Numbered from the stretch's first letter, positions 10,117 to 20,043 are shown. The stretch is DNA of 44,573 bases from Lachnospiraceae bacterium (GCA_022766515.1 JALEPA010000278.1:1-44573); one strand, 5' to 3'. Made by a program: numbers and translations. Notes: a model not told the origin generated them from the letters alone.

Positions 10117-10279
10117 AGACCAAAAACCGACTGCTGAACAGATTAAGCAGATACAGGAAGCAGCCAAAAGAGAAATTGTGTATGATGATGATTCACCAGA
10201 ACTTACTCCTGCAATGGAAAAGGCATTTCGATTGGCTGCAAAAAACAGAAACACTCATAAGAACACGGCAATTTCATAA
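10091..10279 (+). CDS. Short BrnA-like antitoxin
   Basis: Overlaps the brnT 3' end; IVYDDDSPELT motif; only 62 aa. Confidence 0.7.
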   Translation: MIKTATLTRDQKPTAEQIKQIQEAAKREIVYDDDSPELTPAMEKAFRLAAKNRNTHKNTAIS

Positions 10280-10322
10280 TGCTGGAAAATGTTTTATGGG
10301 CTGGGCAAATCTTAACGCTTAG

Positions 10323-10383
10323 AAATTGGGCAGATACACTATATGAGATAGTTAAAAATTCTATAGTGTTATCTGCCTAATTT
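10323..10383. terminator. Long inverted repeat, probable bidirectional terminator
   Basis: AAATTGGGCAGATACACTATA-N18-TATAGTGTTATCTGCCTAATTT (one bulge) between the convergent brnA and nadE. Confidence 0.7.
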
Positions 10384-10393
10384 TCGATTTTAT

Positions 10394-12379
10394 TTAAGCC
10401 TTCAAAGTCTCTGCAATCTCATCCAGTTCCTTCATCCACAGATTAGCACTTGCGTCACTTGGCATGCGCCAATCGCCGCGAGGTGACAAAGCCACGCTTC
10501 CCACTTTTGGACCATCTGGCAGGCAGGAGCGTTTGAACTGCTGCGCAAAGAAACGCCAATAGAAGGTGCGAAGCCATTTATAAATAGTCTCCGGAGTGTA
10601 TTCATCAGCAAAAGCATATTTTGCCAAGCGGAATATTTTGCTTGGGCAGTAGCCGAAACGCATCAAATAGTATAAGAAGAAGTCGTGCAGTTCATATGGA
10701 CCGACCAGATCCTCTGTTTTTTGTGCGATCTTTCCATCTTTTGGCGGCAAAAGTTCGGGACTGACAGGGGTATCCAACACATCCATAAGGACGGACTGTA
10801 ATTCCTTATTTTCAGCAGTTTCTGCATAATAAAGAACAAGATAACGAACCAGAGTCTTTGGCACGGAAGCGTTGACACCGTACATAGACATATGATCGCC
10901 ATTGTAAGGTGCCCATCCAAGTGCCAACTCTGACATATCTCCGGTACCGATAACCATACCATTTGACTGGTTGGCGAGATTCATAAGGATCAAAGTACGC
11001 TGTCTTGCCTGGGCATTTTCATAAGTGACATCGTGGACGGATGCATCATGACCGATGTCACGAAAATGAAGCTCTACAGCCTCGTGAATTGGAATTTCGG
11101 ATAATGTGGCTCCCAGATTTCGTACCAGCGTGCAGGCGTTTTGATAAGTGCGGTCTGTCGTGCCGAAACATGGCATGGTAACGGCTTGGATGCCGCTTCG
11201 ATCCAGCCCCAGCATGTCAAATGCCATCGCAGTGACCAAAAGAGCCAAAGTGGAATCCAGTCCACCGGAAATGCCGATGACAGCACTTTGACAGTGAGTG
11301 TGTGCCAATCTCTTTTTGAGCCCCATTGCCTGAATGTGAAGAATTTCTTCGCATCGGCGATTGCGGTCTGCCTGATCGTTTGGAACGAATGGTGTTTTGT
11401 CGTAGTGTCTTGTTAATGGGGTTACCGTTATCTCATCAAATCTAAAATGCACGGTTTGATAATCACTTTTACCGGTGTTGTCCGATACAGGATTTTCATA
11501 GGTAAATGTCGTGATTCTCTGTCGTTCACTTGTCAATCGTCCAAGATCGATCTCGGATAAGATCATGCCAGTCGTAAAACGGCGGGACTCCTGCAACAGA
11601 GTGCCGTTTTCTGCAATGAGATTGTGTCCGGCAAATACAAGATCTGTAGAGGATTCTCCTTCTCCTGCGTCAGCATAAATGTATGCAGCAAGCAGTCGTG
11701 CCGATTGGTTTGCCACGAGACTGCGACGGTAAATATCCTTTCCGGTCGTCTCGTCACTCGCAGAAAGATTAGCGATCACAGTCGCACCATGTACGGCATG
11801 TCTGCCGGATGGAGGATTTGCAGACCAGAGATCTTCACAGATCTCAACACCCAGAGTAAATCCCTTGAGGTTATCTGCTTCAAATAAAATATTGGTACCA
11901 AACAGTACGCCGATAGACTCTTCGCCATCGCAGTCTTTGATTTCCGGCGGAACATCAATAAAATCCCATCCGATAGAAGGCGCAGCACTAAAATGGCGTC
12001 CTTCGTAGAATTCAGAATAGTTTGGAATGTGAGTTTTTGGGATCAATGCTTGCAATTCACCGTGCAGTACGATCGCTGCCACATTATAAAGCATATTTTT
12101 ATAGAGATAAGGCAGACCAACGATCGTGATCATGTCCATATTTCTGGATGCGTCAATAATATGTTGCAAAGCTTCCAAAGCACCGTGCAGCAAATTGTCC
12201 TGCAAAAACAGGTCACCACAGGTGTAACCGGTCAGGCACAACTCTGGAAATACAGCCAATTTGGCATGTTCCTCATGCGCAAGCTTCATATATTTTATAA
12301 CCTGCGCGGCATTAAATTCCGGATCGGCAACACGGATTTCCGGTGTGATCGCCGCTACTTTTACAAATTGATCTTTCAT
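10394..12379 (-). CDS. nadE: Glutamine-dependent NAD(+) synthetase
   Basis: Nitrilase triad [17 protein letters not shown]; synthetase motifs GISGGLDS and GTGDMSE. Confidence 0.97.
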   Translation of the reverse strand: MKDQFVKVAAITPEIRVADPEFNAAQVIKYMKLAHEEHAKLAVFPELCLTGYTCGDLFLQDNLLHGALEALQHIIDASRNMDMITIVGLPYLYKNMLYNVAAIVLHGELQALIPKTHIPNYSEFYEGRHFSAAPSIGWDFIDVPPEIKDCDGEESIGVLFGTNILFEADNLKGFTLGVEICEDLWSANPPSGRHAVHGATVIANLSASDETTGKDIYRRSLVANQSARLLAAYIYADAGEGESSTDLVFAGHNLIAENGTLLQESRRFTTGMILSEIDLGRLTSERQRITTFTYENPVSDNTGKSDYQTVHFRFDEITVTPLTRHYDKTPFVPNDQADRNRRCEEILHIQAMGLKKRLAHTHCQSAVIGISGGLDSTLALLVTAMAFDMLGLDRSGIQAVTMPCFGTTDRTYQNACTLVRNLGATLSEIPIHEAVELHFRDIGHDASVHDVTYENAQARQRTLILMNLANQSNGMVIGTGDMSELALGWAPYNGDHMSMYGVNASVPKTLVRYLVLYYAETAENKELQSVLMDVLDTPVSPELLPPKDGKIAQKTEDLVGPYELHDFFLYYLMRFGYCPSKIFRLAKYAFADEYTPETIYKWLRTFYWRFFAQQFKRSCLPDGPKVGSVALSPRGDWRMPSDASANLWMKELDEIAETLKA

Positions 12380-12546
12380 GGTATCCCTCGCTTTATTTCT
12401 TATAAATATTCCTATTTATTGTAACGATAATTACATATGCTTGCAACACAAAATCAAATTTCAGCGATTGCTTCATGCGGATCCGGTTGCATTTATCATT
12501 TTAAACAAAAAGTGGACGAAATATTTGTGAAATATGTTCTATTTAC

Positions 12547-12590
12547 AAAAAAATAATAGTTGTTATAAAAAAGATAATAGTTGTTATAAT
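12547..12590 (+). promoter_or_regulatory. 21-bp tandem duplication containing an extended -10 promoter
   Basis: AAAAAAATAATAGTTGTTATA then AAAAAGATAATAGTTGTTATA; TGTTATAAT at 12582-12590. Confidence 0.65.
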
Positions 12591-12605
12591 GAAATTACTT
12601 AAATG

Positions 12606-12619
12606 TGAGAACGATACCA
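12606..12619. promoter_or_regulatory. LacI-family/cre-like operator
   Basis: TGAGAACGATACCA fits TGNNANCGNTNNCA and lies just downstream of the -10 box of a sugar catabolic unit. Confidence 0.6.
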
Positions 12620-12690
12620 CAAGAAACAAACAGGTAAATTCATGAAGGATAACTGTAATGTAAACGAAAATATTTTAAGGAGAAAGGACT

Positions 12691-12756
12691 ATGGATTATA
12701 AGTCATCAGCAAAGAGTCTGTTGACCGTGATGCATAGAAATGGAAAATGTAGATAG
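12691..12756 (+). pseudogene. 21-codon remnant, probably an internally deleted sucrose/beta-glucoside PTS EII gene
   Basis: Strong RBS AAGGAGAAAGGA; MDYKSSAKSLLTVMHRNGKCR; start resembles EIIB N-termini (MDYxxxAxxIL); directly upstream of the GH32 gene. Confidence 0.55.
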
Positions 12757-12771
12757 AAACGAGGGATTGCT

Positions 12772-14232
12772 ATGAATGATTTGGGAAAAAGATTGGCAGA
12801 AAAGACAAAGCAGTTGGAGCAGGTAGCATTTAGTGGTGCGCTTCGTCCAAAGTTTCATTTAGCACCGCCAACAGGCTGGATGAATGATCCAAATGGATTA
12901 TGTCAATATAACGGTATTTACCATGTGTTTTTTCAGTATTCCCCTGAGGATGCAGAGGGATCCGGCATGAAAAATTGGGGACATTATAGCAGCCCTGACC
13001 TGATCAACTGGGACTACCGGGGTGCCGTTCTTTTTCCTGATGAGCCAATTGACAAAGACGGTGTTTATTCCGGTTCGGCTTTGATCCGTGAGGACGGAAT
13101 TTATCTGTATTATACGGGAAATGTCAAAGAAGGCGAAGGGTTCGATTATACCTATGAAGGTCGGGGTGCCAATACGATTTTGGTAGTATCACCGGACGGA
13201 AAGCAGTTTGGAAAGAAAGAACTGCTCATGGATCATGCGGACTATCCGCAGGATTGTACCTGCCATGTAAGAGATCCCAAAGTGTGGAAGCAGGAAGATC
13301 GTTATTATATGGTACAGGGGGCAAGAAAGATCGATCCGACACAGAAGGAGCATGGAGAACATAATGACATTGGCGAGATCCTTGTATTTACCTCCGAAGA
13401 TGCCCGCCGTTGGCAGCTTTGCAACCGTGTGACAACACCAAAGCGATTCGGCTATATGTGGGAATGTCCGGATTATTTTACCTTATCCCAGGGTCAGGTG
13501 AAGATTTTATCAGTATCACCACAGGGCGTGCCGGAAGAAACCTATCGCTATCAAAATATTTTTCAATCCGGTTATTTTCGGTTGCAGGGGGATTTGGATG
13601 GGGAGTACACCTTGTCCGATTTTGTGGAATGGGATCGTGGTTTTGACTTTTATGAGCCACAGACTTTTCAGGACGAAAGAGGTAGAAGAGTGTTGATCGG
13701 ATGGGCGGGGATCCCTGATCCGCACTATGACAATCAGCCAACGATAGAAGAGGGCTGGCAGCATTGCTTGACTATGCCGAGAGAGATCCGGTATGAGGAT
13801 GGAAAAATCAAGCAATATCCGGTCGTGGAAATGCAGAAGCACCGAGATCAGCTTATCTGGAATGACGGGGAAGATGGATTCCGCCTTACGCAAAAGGCGT
13901 GGGAATGGCAGCTGCAGCATTTGGAAAAGGAATGGTGCATCCGAATAGCAGATGCAGGTACACAGAGTGGCGTTTGCTTGCAATTTCACGAAGGCGTATT
14001 TGAGGTGTCCTTTTTTGGGGACAGTGCAAAAGAAGTCGGAAGAGGAAGAACAACAAGAAAAATGTTACTACAATCTGTGGACAGCCTTAGTATTTACTAT
14101 GATGTCTCCATTATGGAAGTGTATTTGAATGGAGGCGAGCTTGTATTCACAACGAGATTTTATACGACAGATTCTCTGGAAATCATGACAAGTCCCTCAA
14201 TGGGGACAGGAAGTCTGTGGAGTTGGAAGTAA
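12772..14232 (+). CDS. scrB: GH32 sucrose-6-phosphate hydrolase / beta-fructofuranosidase
   Basis: WMNDPNG, YSGSA, RDP, WECPD, GFDFY; no signal peptide. Confidence 0.88.
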   Translation: MNDLGKRLAEKTKQLEQVAFSGALRPKFHLAPPTGWMNDPNGLCQYNGIYHVFFQYSPEDAEGSGMKNWGHYSSPDLINWDYRGAVLFPDEPIDKDGVYSGSALIREDGIYLYYTGNVKEGEGFDYTYEGRGANTILVVSPDGKQFGKKELLMDHADYPQDCTCHVRDPKVWKQEDRYYMVQGARKIDPTQKEHGEHNDIGEILVFTSEDARRWQLCNRVTTPKRFGYMWECPDYFTLSQGQVKILSVSPQGVPEETYRYQNIFQSGYFRLQGDLDGEYTLSDFVEWDRGFDFYEPQTFQDERGRRVLIGWAGIPDPHYDNQPTIEEGWQHCLTMPREIRYEDGKIKQYPVVEMQKHRDQLIWNDGEDGFRLTQKAWEWQLQHLEKEWCIRIADAGTQSGVCLQFHEGVFEVSFFGDSAKEVGRGRTTRKMLLQSVDSLSIYYDVSIMEVYLNGGELVFTTRFYTTDSLEIMTSPSMGTGSLWSWK

Positions 14233-14262
14233 GACTTGTTGTGGAGCCGGAAGTAAGACTTG
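14216..14262 (+). repeat. 23-bp direct duplication of the GH32 3' end
   Basis: TGTGGAGTTGGAAGTAAGACTTG and TGTGGAGCCGGAAGTAAGACTTG, 21/23 identical, 24-bp period. Confidence 0.8.
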
Positions 14263-14334
14263 CGGTATTGCGAAGGCACTTTCCCTGTGGTATTCTATAT
14301 AGTACATAGAAACCTAGATAAAGGAAGTGAGTAC

Positions 14335-14748
14335 ATGGTAGTAGATAAAAACCGATTTGATGATCTCGGTGTGAAGAACTGCAAACAGTGTGGTCGCAGG
14401 ATGCATCCGGAGTATGCGAAGGATATTTGCCCGGAATGTCAAGAGTTAAATTTGTTTGGTGAAGTGAAAGAATATATTCGCAATAATGATGTCAATGAGG
14501 CCGATGTGGCGGAGCATTTTGGACTGCCAAATCGCAAAGTGCGCGCCTGGATCCGCGAGGGAAGGATACAGTACAAGAATACGGATGGAGCGTCCGTGTC
14601 ACAGGTGTATTGTCAGATCTGTGGAGCACCGTTGGATTTTGGCAATTTATGTGCAAAATGTCGTCATATGCAAGGTTTGGAAGTAGTTGTTAAGCAATAC
14701 AAGAACGATTCCGAAGGCATGATGCGTTTTATGAAAAACGACAAATAA
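14335..14748 (+). CDS. YvyF-like (flagellar operon-associated) zinc-ribbon/HTH protein
   Basis: NCKQCG, ICPEC, VKEYIR, WIREGRI, CQICG, LCAKC; ATG after AAGGAAG. Confidence 0.7.
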   Translation: MVVDKNRFDDLGVKNCKQCGRRMHPEYAKDICPECQELNLFGEVKEYIRNNDVNEADVAEHFGLPNRKVRAWIREGRIQYKNTDGASVSQVYCQICGAPLDFGNLCAKCRHMQGLEVVVKQYKNDSEGMMRFMKNDK

Positions 14749-14949
14749 AACAGCGATATTGCGGTGGTTTTGGGGGTTAAGATATCTTTGAAATCTATTG
14801 ACACATTTTTGCAATAAAATGAAGTTACCATAAAAATTTGCGTTTTGATGCATGGAAATATGGTGATTGTTTCAAAAGATTACCTAGCAATGCTAGAATT
14901 TTCAAGGGAGATTTCCTAATGTTTCCTATGGTATTATATAGGTATAGTA

Positions 14950-14981
14950 AAAGAGCATGATAATTTATTATCATGCTCTTT
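14950..14981. promoter_or_regulatory. 32-bp palindrome (operator or terminator)
   Basis: AAAGAGCATGATAAT-TT-ATTATCATGCTCTTT, downstream of a TGGTATTAT extended -10 candidate. Confidence 0.55.
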
Positions 14982-15020
14982 CTGTATCAAGGGACAATGC
15001 TCACAATGTAGTGGTATTGT

Positions 15021-15044
15021 AAAGCAAAACGCTGGTTTTGCTCT
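15021..15044. repeat. Dispersed palindrome, copy 3
   Basis: AAAGCAAAAC-GCTG-GTTTTGCTCT. Confidence 0.8.
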
Positions 15045-15109
15045 TTTAACACCAATGAAAAGAATCGGACATTTGTAGTACGGGGGTTATGAAGAAGAGG
15101 AGGGAAGTT

Positions 15110-17524
15110 ATGGGAAACAGTAGGATTGAATTGCAGAATCTGACGAAGTATTATTACTCAGAAACTGCAGTGACACAGGCATTGCGAAAGATCAATCTGC
15201 AATTTCACATGGGCGAATTCGTGGCGATTACCGGTGAGAGTGGAAGCGGTAAATCCACATTGCTGAAAGTGATCAGCGGAATGGAGACTTTTGACGATGG
15301 AGAGCTTTTCGTGGATGGAGAGCCGACTTTTCAATTTGACGAAGATGATTGGGAAGAGTACCGCCGTCGGAAGATCGGTTTTGTTTTTCAGGATTATAGT
15401 CTGATCGGACATTATTCTGCAAAGGAAAACATTGTGATGGCATTGCTTGTCATGGGGGAAGATAAGGACATTGCAGAAAAAGAGGCAGAGCTGTATTTGA
15501 CACGAGTTGGTCTTGAAAAGCAGATGAACCAACGGGCGTCGAAGTTATCCAGCGGACAGAAACAGCGTTTGTCGATCGCCAGAGCCCTGGCAAAAAAGAC
15601 GGACATCATTGTAGCAGATGAGCCGACCGGAAACCTGGACAGTGAGACGGGAGAGCAGATCATTAAACTGCTGAAAGACTTGTCCAAAGACCATTTGGTC
15701 ATCATGGTAACACACAATTATGAGCAGGTAGAGAGCTATGTTACGAGAAAGATCCGCCTGCACGATGGAGAATTGGTGTTAGATGTACCGGTGAACGAGC
15801 AGGAAAATATTGATGAGGAGAGTTTGCAGGAGAGGGAGTTATCAGAAGAGAAACAGGGAGAGATGTCAGAAGGGGAGACATTGAAACCTGAGAAGAGCAG
15901 GAAAGAGGAGAGGAAACGGGAGCGTTATCTGGCACATGTCTTTGCAAATCTTAATTTTCGTACACAGTTTGGCAGAGTGGTATTATTCTCCATATTTTTT
16001 CTTGTCACAGCGGTGATATCGTTCCTATTTTTGGGACAGATCCATATGAATCGTGATGATATATTTACCAAAAAATATTCCAATGCCGGGTATTTGCAGC
16101 AAAATGAGAAACGATTGTCTGTAAAGCGTCAAGACGGCAAAAAGATCGATCAAAAAGATCTGGAGAAACTGCGAAAGATCGCGAATGTCGTGGATGTCGA
16201 TCAGTATGACTTGGTAAATGATATTCAATATCATTATATCAAAGGAGAAGACTATGAGTACGATTATCGCAGCTATATGTCTGAGGATATGTGGGATTCA
16301 GAAGAGGGTAGCGAGACAGAAGCGGAAGGGCAGTTTTATGATGTCAGCTTTACCGATAAGGAGCGTTACATGCGTTGTAGCAGCAGCCTGAAACAATCGG
16401 ATCTTGCACAGGGAGCTTTGCCCAAAACGCGTGATGAAATTGTCATGAACGGGAATGAAAAATACAAGGTTGGTGATGAGATCGTCATGTATTTTACCAA
16501 CCAAAATCTATGGGGATCGGATGAAAATTATATTCAGAAAAAACTGAAAGTAGTCGGACTGTTAAAGAGTACGACGCATCAGATCTATTTTTCACCGGCA
16601 TTCTGTGAAATGTTAGCCAGCACAGCACATGCAGGTAAAGTATATTTTCAGTACAACTACAGTAAAATGACCTGGAAATATGAGAATTCGGCAACATTGA
16701 CTGCAATTGTTGGAGAGGGGTTAGCCGACAATCAACTTCGGTCATCCGCAAAGTATGGTGAAGAACTTGACAGCTTTGGATTGGCAAATTGGGATGGGCG
16801 CATGACCATACAGTTATATGACGATAACTGGAAATTATATAATGTTGAAGAAACTTACGATGCCGATGGAAATGCACAGTTCGATCAAGATGGCAATCCT
16901 ATTACCAGAGAGAAAAAGCAAGGAAAGGACGACAATGCCAGTGTTACTTCTGATACAAGCGGACACGGGGCTATTTTTGTAGAAGTGTCCGAAAATATGT
17001 ACAACCACTTTTTCCGAAGAGACACCAAACAGGCATCCGTCTATATCAATAGTTATGCAAAGACAGATCATGTCATCAAAGCACTGAACGACAACGGATA
17101 TGATGCGATCAGCACCCTGCGTGTGGGCAGTGATAAGTATGATGATGAAAAAGTCCAGAATCGACTGCGTACCTTGGGTATTGCTATTGTGTTACTGGTA
17201 GTTATGATGTTAGCAGAGATTTTGATCCTTCGTTCTTTGATGAAGATCCGTATCAAAGATCAGTTTGTCATGAAAAATATGGGAATGAAATTACGGCTTG
17301 CAGATCGGATCGGTTATGTGGAAATGTTCCGATATTGTTTGTTTGCGGTCGTATTAGCGGCTGTTGCGATAAATCTGGCTGGCTTAGGGGTGCCAGTGAT
17401 CCACGAAATGTTATATTATTACGAACTGCCGCAGTACATCGTATATGTCTTGTACAACTTAGTGACGATGATCTTGATGGTTACAGCGTTTAATCACTTA
17501 CTGAGGGGGAGGATGGACAAATGA
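15110..17524 (+). CDS. MacB/FtsX-type ABC transporter, fused ATPase-permease (subunit 1)
   Basis: GESGSGKS, LSSGQKQR, ADEPTGNLD; one TM, large extracellular domain, C-terminal TMs; GAGGAGG RBS before ATG 15110. Confidence 0.88.
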   Translation: MGNSRIELQNLTKYYYSETAVTQALRKINLQFHMGEFVAITGESGSGKSTLLKVISGMETFDDGELFVDGEPTFQFDEDDWEEYRRRKIGFVFQDYSLIGHYSAKENIVMALLVMGEDKDIAEKEAELYLTRVGLEKQMNQRASKLSSGQKQRLSIARALAKKTDIIVADEPTGNLDSETGEQIIKLLKDLSKDHLVIMVTHNYEQVESYVTRKIRLHDGELVLDVPVNEQENIDEESLQERELSEEKQGEMSEGETLKPEKSRKEERKRERYLAHVFANLNFRTQFGRVVLFSIFFLVTAVISFLFLGQIHMNRDDIFTKKYSNAGYLQQNEKRLSVKRQDGKKIDQKDLEKLRKIANVVDVDQYDLVNDIQYHYIKGEDYEYDYRSYMSEDMWDSEEGSETEAEGQFYDVSFTDKERYMRCSSSLKQSDLAQGALPKTRDEIVMNGNEKYKVGDEIVMYFTNQNLWGSDENYIQKKLKVVGLLKSTTHQIYFSPAFCEMLASTAHAGKVYFQYNYSKMTWKYENSATLTAIVGEGLADNQLRSSAKYGEELDSFGLANWDGRMTIQLYDDNWKLYNVEETYDADGNAQFDQDGNPITREKKQGKDDNASVTSDTSGHGAIFVEVSENMYNHFFRRDTKQASVYINSYAKTDHVIKALNDNGYDAISTLRVGSDKYDDEKVQNRLRTLGIAIVLLVVMMLAEILILRSLMKIRIKDQFVMKNMGMKLRLADRIGYVEMFRYCLFAVVLAAVAINLAGLGVPVIHEMLYYYELPQYIVYVLYNLVTMILMVTAFNHLLRGRMDK

Positions 17525-20043
17525 TTCAATTAAATAAACTGGATAAATATTTTAATCGCGGCAAGAAAAATGAGCTGCATGTTTTGAAGAACATTGATCT
17601 GGAACTGCCTTCCACCGGGTTTGTCTGTATCTTGGGAGAAAGTGGTTCGGGTAAGACGACTTTGTTAAATACAATAGGTGGCTTAGACACTTTTCAGGGC
17701 GGAACGATCGCATTTGATGATCTCCAAATGAATAAGTATGAGCCGAAAAAAGTGGAGGCATTACGAAGCGAAAAGCTGGGTTATATTTTTCAAAGCTACT
17801 ATTTGCTGCAGGATTATTCTGTGGCATACAATGTTAAGCTGGCTTTGAGTAAATATGATCTGACAGAAGAGGAAAAAGATGCCAGAGTCGATTATGTATT
17901 AAAACAGCTGGGAATCTCCAGATTTAAAAAAAAGCTGGTATCAAAGCTGTCAGGTGGTCAGCAGCAGCGTGTGTCGATCGCCAGGGCTTTGGTCAAATCT
18001 CCACAGATTATTTTGGCGGATGAGCCTACAGGTAATTTGGATGAAGAAAATACGATCCGTACCATGAGCATTTTGAAGAGCATTTCCAAAAGCTGTTTGG
18101 TGGTACTTGTGTCACATGAACGGCGGATCGCAGAGTTTTTTGCGGATCGTATCATAGAGATTCGGGACGGTGAGATCGTCAAGGATTGGGAAAATGCGAA
18201 TGAAGATGGCTATATGCGCGGAGATGACGGTAATATCTATTTGCCGGAGCTGTCAAAGGTGAGTTTGGAACAGGATGACATTGCTATCAATGTGTACCAA
18301 GAAGCGGACACTACGGAAGAGCCGATCAAGCTGCAAATGGCATGGAAAAATGGAAAATTGTATATCCGAAGTGATATGCAGAGCGATGTGATCTTTGCAG
18401 GAGAAGAGGCTGGATGCGAGATCAGTGATGATCCAAGACCGGAGTTGGACCTGGAGGAAGTGGAACAGTTTGATTATCATTTGGAGAAGCTTCCAACCAA
18501 AAAGTCAGCTAATCTGCCAGGTAAGGAGATCTGGCGGATCGCTACGGAAAACATTCGCATGATGGGAAAAAAGCAGATCTTTGTTGTAGTGATCATGTTG
18601 ATCACATCGGTGCTTTTGACCTTGATGGCAGCAGACTTTTATACGACCGTTTCTGTTAATCCGGAAGATATCGTAGCAGACGATTCGCATTATATTGAAG
18701 TCGCCATAAAGAGAGCGGGAAGTTTTGCAGAATCTGATTTCCGCAAGCAAAAGCAGGATTTTTTTGACAAAGTAGTTGCCAAAGGGGACCGTAAAGAGAA
18801 GGTGTTTTGCGACTCGGCAAATGCAGCGTCCATTAAGTACCGGGATCTGTATCAGATGTCAGGGTTAAATGCGAATTTCACTAATTTTTCTTTCGTAGAC
18901 ATTAAGAATATCGACGAGAAAGATTTGATCGCAGGCCGTTTGCCGCAGAACAAAGACGAGGTTGTGCTTGATGCAGCATTGGCACAGAGATTTATGCGTT
19001 CTGACTCACCCCTTGCGGTAATGTTTCATTCAGAGAAGGACTTTGTCGGACAAACGCTCCGTATTGAAAATTCGCAGAAGGAGACGCTCATTGTAGGCAT
19101 CAGCAATATTGGAGAAATGAGTATTTTCTGTAAACAGAATCTCATTTTAGGATTGGCGTCTACCGGATATGACATTGCCAGTGTCGAGGAGTTGCAGCAG
19201 GCTTATCCTGATAAATATCAGGATATTAGCTTGAAAGACAATGAAGTCATGATGAATCAAAGCGAATATGAGAGAGAAAAAAGTTATTCGGATTTCCAGG
19301 GTGGTGGTGAGATGTTTACCAACTTGGGAAACGGAATTTCTTATGACAATTATTATGATGATTTTTCAGGGGAGACAACGCAGGAGAATGATACGGTGTT
19401 CTATATAACAGGCAGTTTCCCTGATGACTTTTCGGCGAAATATGTGTTGAATGACAACGGATGTTTCCAGATGGTTCGAGATACGGCTGTATCGAGTGGA
19501 AAATGTAAGATTTATATCAAAGACCAAGAGGAGAGAGAGGCGGCTGTAAAGGAAATACAAAAGGCTGCGAAATCTTATGTTGAGTATTTAAAGGTATCGG
19601 TAACGGTACCGTATGAAGCGCAGATACAGCAGTATAAGGATGCACGACGCGAAGCGGTAGGAACAAAGAAACTGTTCGTATTGCTCGTTGTGATCGTGAG
19701 TATGTTAATGATCTACTTTACGATTAAGTCTAACGCAACCGCACGAATGGAAGAGTTGACCGTATATCGTCTGATCGGTATCGGCAGGCGTAGTGTACTG
19801 AAATCGTATCTCATCGAGATGATCTTGATCAATGCATATACGACACTTCCGGCGGTGGTCATTACCAGTATTGTGCTGCACTTTATTTCCGGTATTCCGT
19901 CAATGGGAGTTGACATGACATTCCCTTGGTGGTGTGCGATCGTATTGGTGGCGCTTGTCTGCCTTGTCAGTGGCGTTATCAGTATGCTTCCGGTGCACAG
20001 GATCCTTTCCAAACCACCGGCAGAGTTGGCGGTTAAAGAGTAA
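17521..20043 (+). CDS. MacB/FtsX-type ABC transporter, fused ATPase-permease (subunit 2)
   Basis: GESGSGKT, LSGGQQQR, ADEPTGNLD; FtsX-like C-terminus; ATGA overlap with the upstream gene. Confidence 0.88.
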   Translation: MIQLNKLDKYFNRGKKNELHVLKNIDLELPSTGFVCILGESGSGKTTLLNTIGGLDTFQGGTIAFDDLQMNKYEPKKVEALRSEKLGYIFQSYYLLQDYSVAYNVKLALSKYDLTEEEKDARVDYVLKQLGISRFKKKLVSKLSGGQQQRVSIARALVKSPQIILADEPTGNLDEENTIRTMSILKSISKSCLVVLVSHERRIAEFFADRIIEIRDGEIVKDWENANEDGYMRGDDGNIYLPELSKVSLEQDDIAINVYQEADTTEEPIKLQMAWKNGKLYIRSDMQSDVIFAGEEAGCEISDDPRPELDLEEVEQFDYHLEKLPTKKSANLPGKEIWRIATENIRMMGKKQIFVVVIMLITSVLLTLMAADFYTTVSVNPEDIVADDSHYIEVAIKRAGSFAESDFRKQKQDFFDKVVAKGDRKEKVFCDSANAASIKYRDLYQMSGLNANFTNFSFVDIKNIDEKDLIAGRLPQNKDEVVLDAALAQRFMRSDSPLAVMFHSEKDFVGQTLRIENSQKETLIVGISNIGEMSIFCKQNLILGLASTGYDIASVEELQQAYPDKYQDISLKDNEVMMNQSEYEREKSYSDFQGGGEMFTNLGNGISYDNYYDDFSGETTQENDTVFYITGSFPDDFSAKYVLNDNGCFQMVRDTAVSSGKCKIYIKDQEEREAAVKEIQKAAKSYVEYLKVSVTVPYEAQIQQYKDARREAVGTKKLFVLLVVIVSMLMIYFTIKSNATARMEELTVYRLIGIGRRSVLKSYLIEMILINAYTTLPAVVITSIVLHFISGIPSMGVDMTFPWWCAIVLVALVCLVSGVISMLPVHRILSKPPAELAVKE

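Noticed and set aside
14848-14919. 23-codon ORF MHGNMVIVSKDYLAMLEFSREIS as a leader peptide
   Set aside because: No RBS and no recognisable stalling motif.
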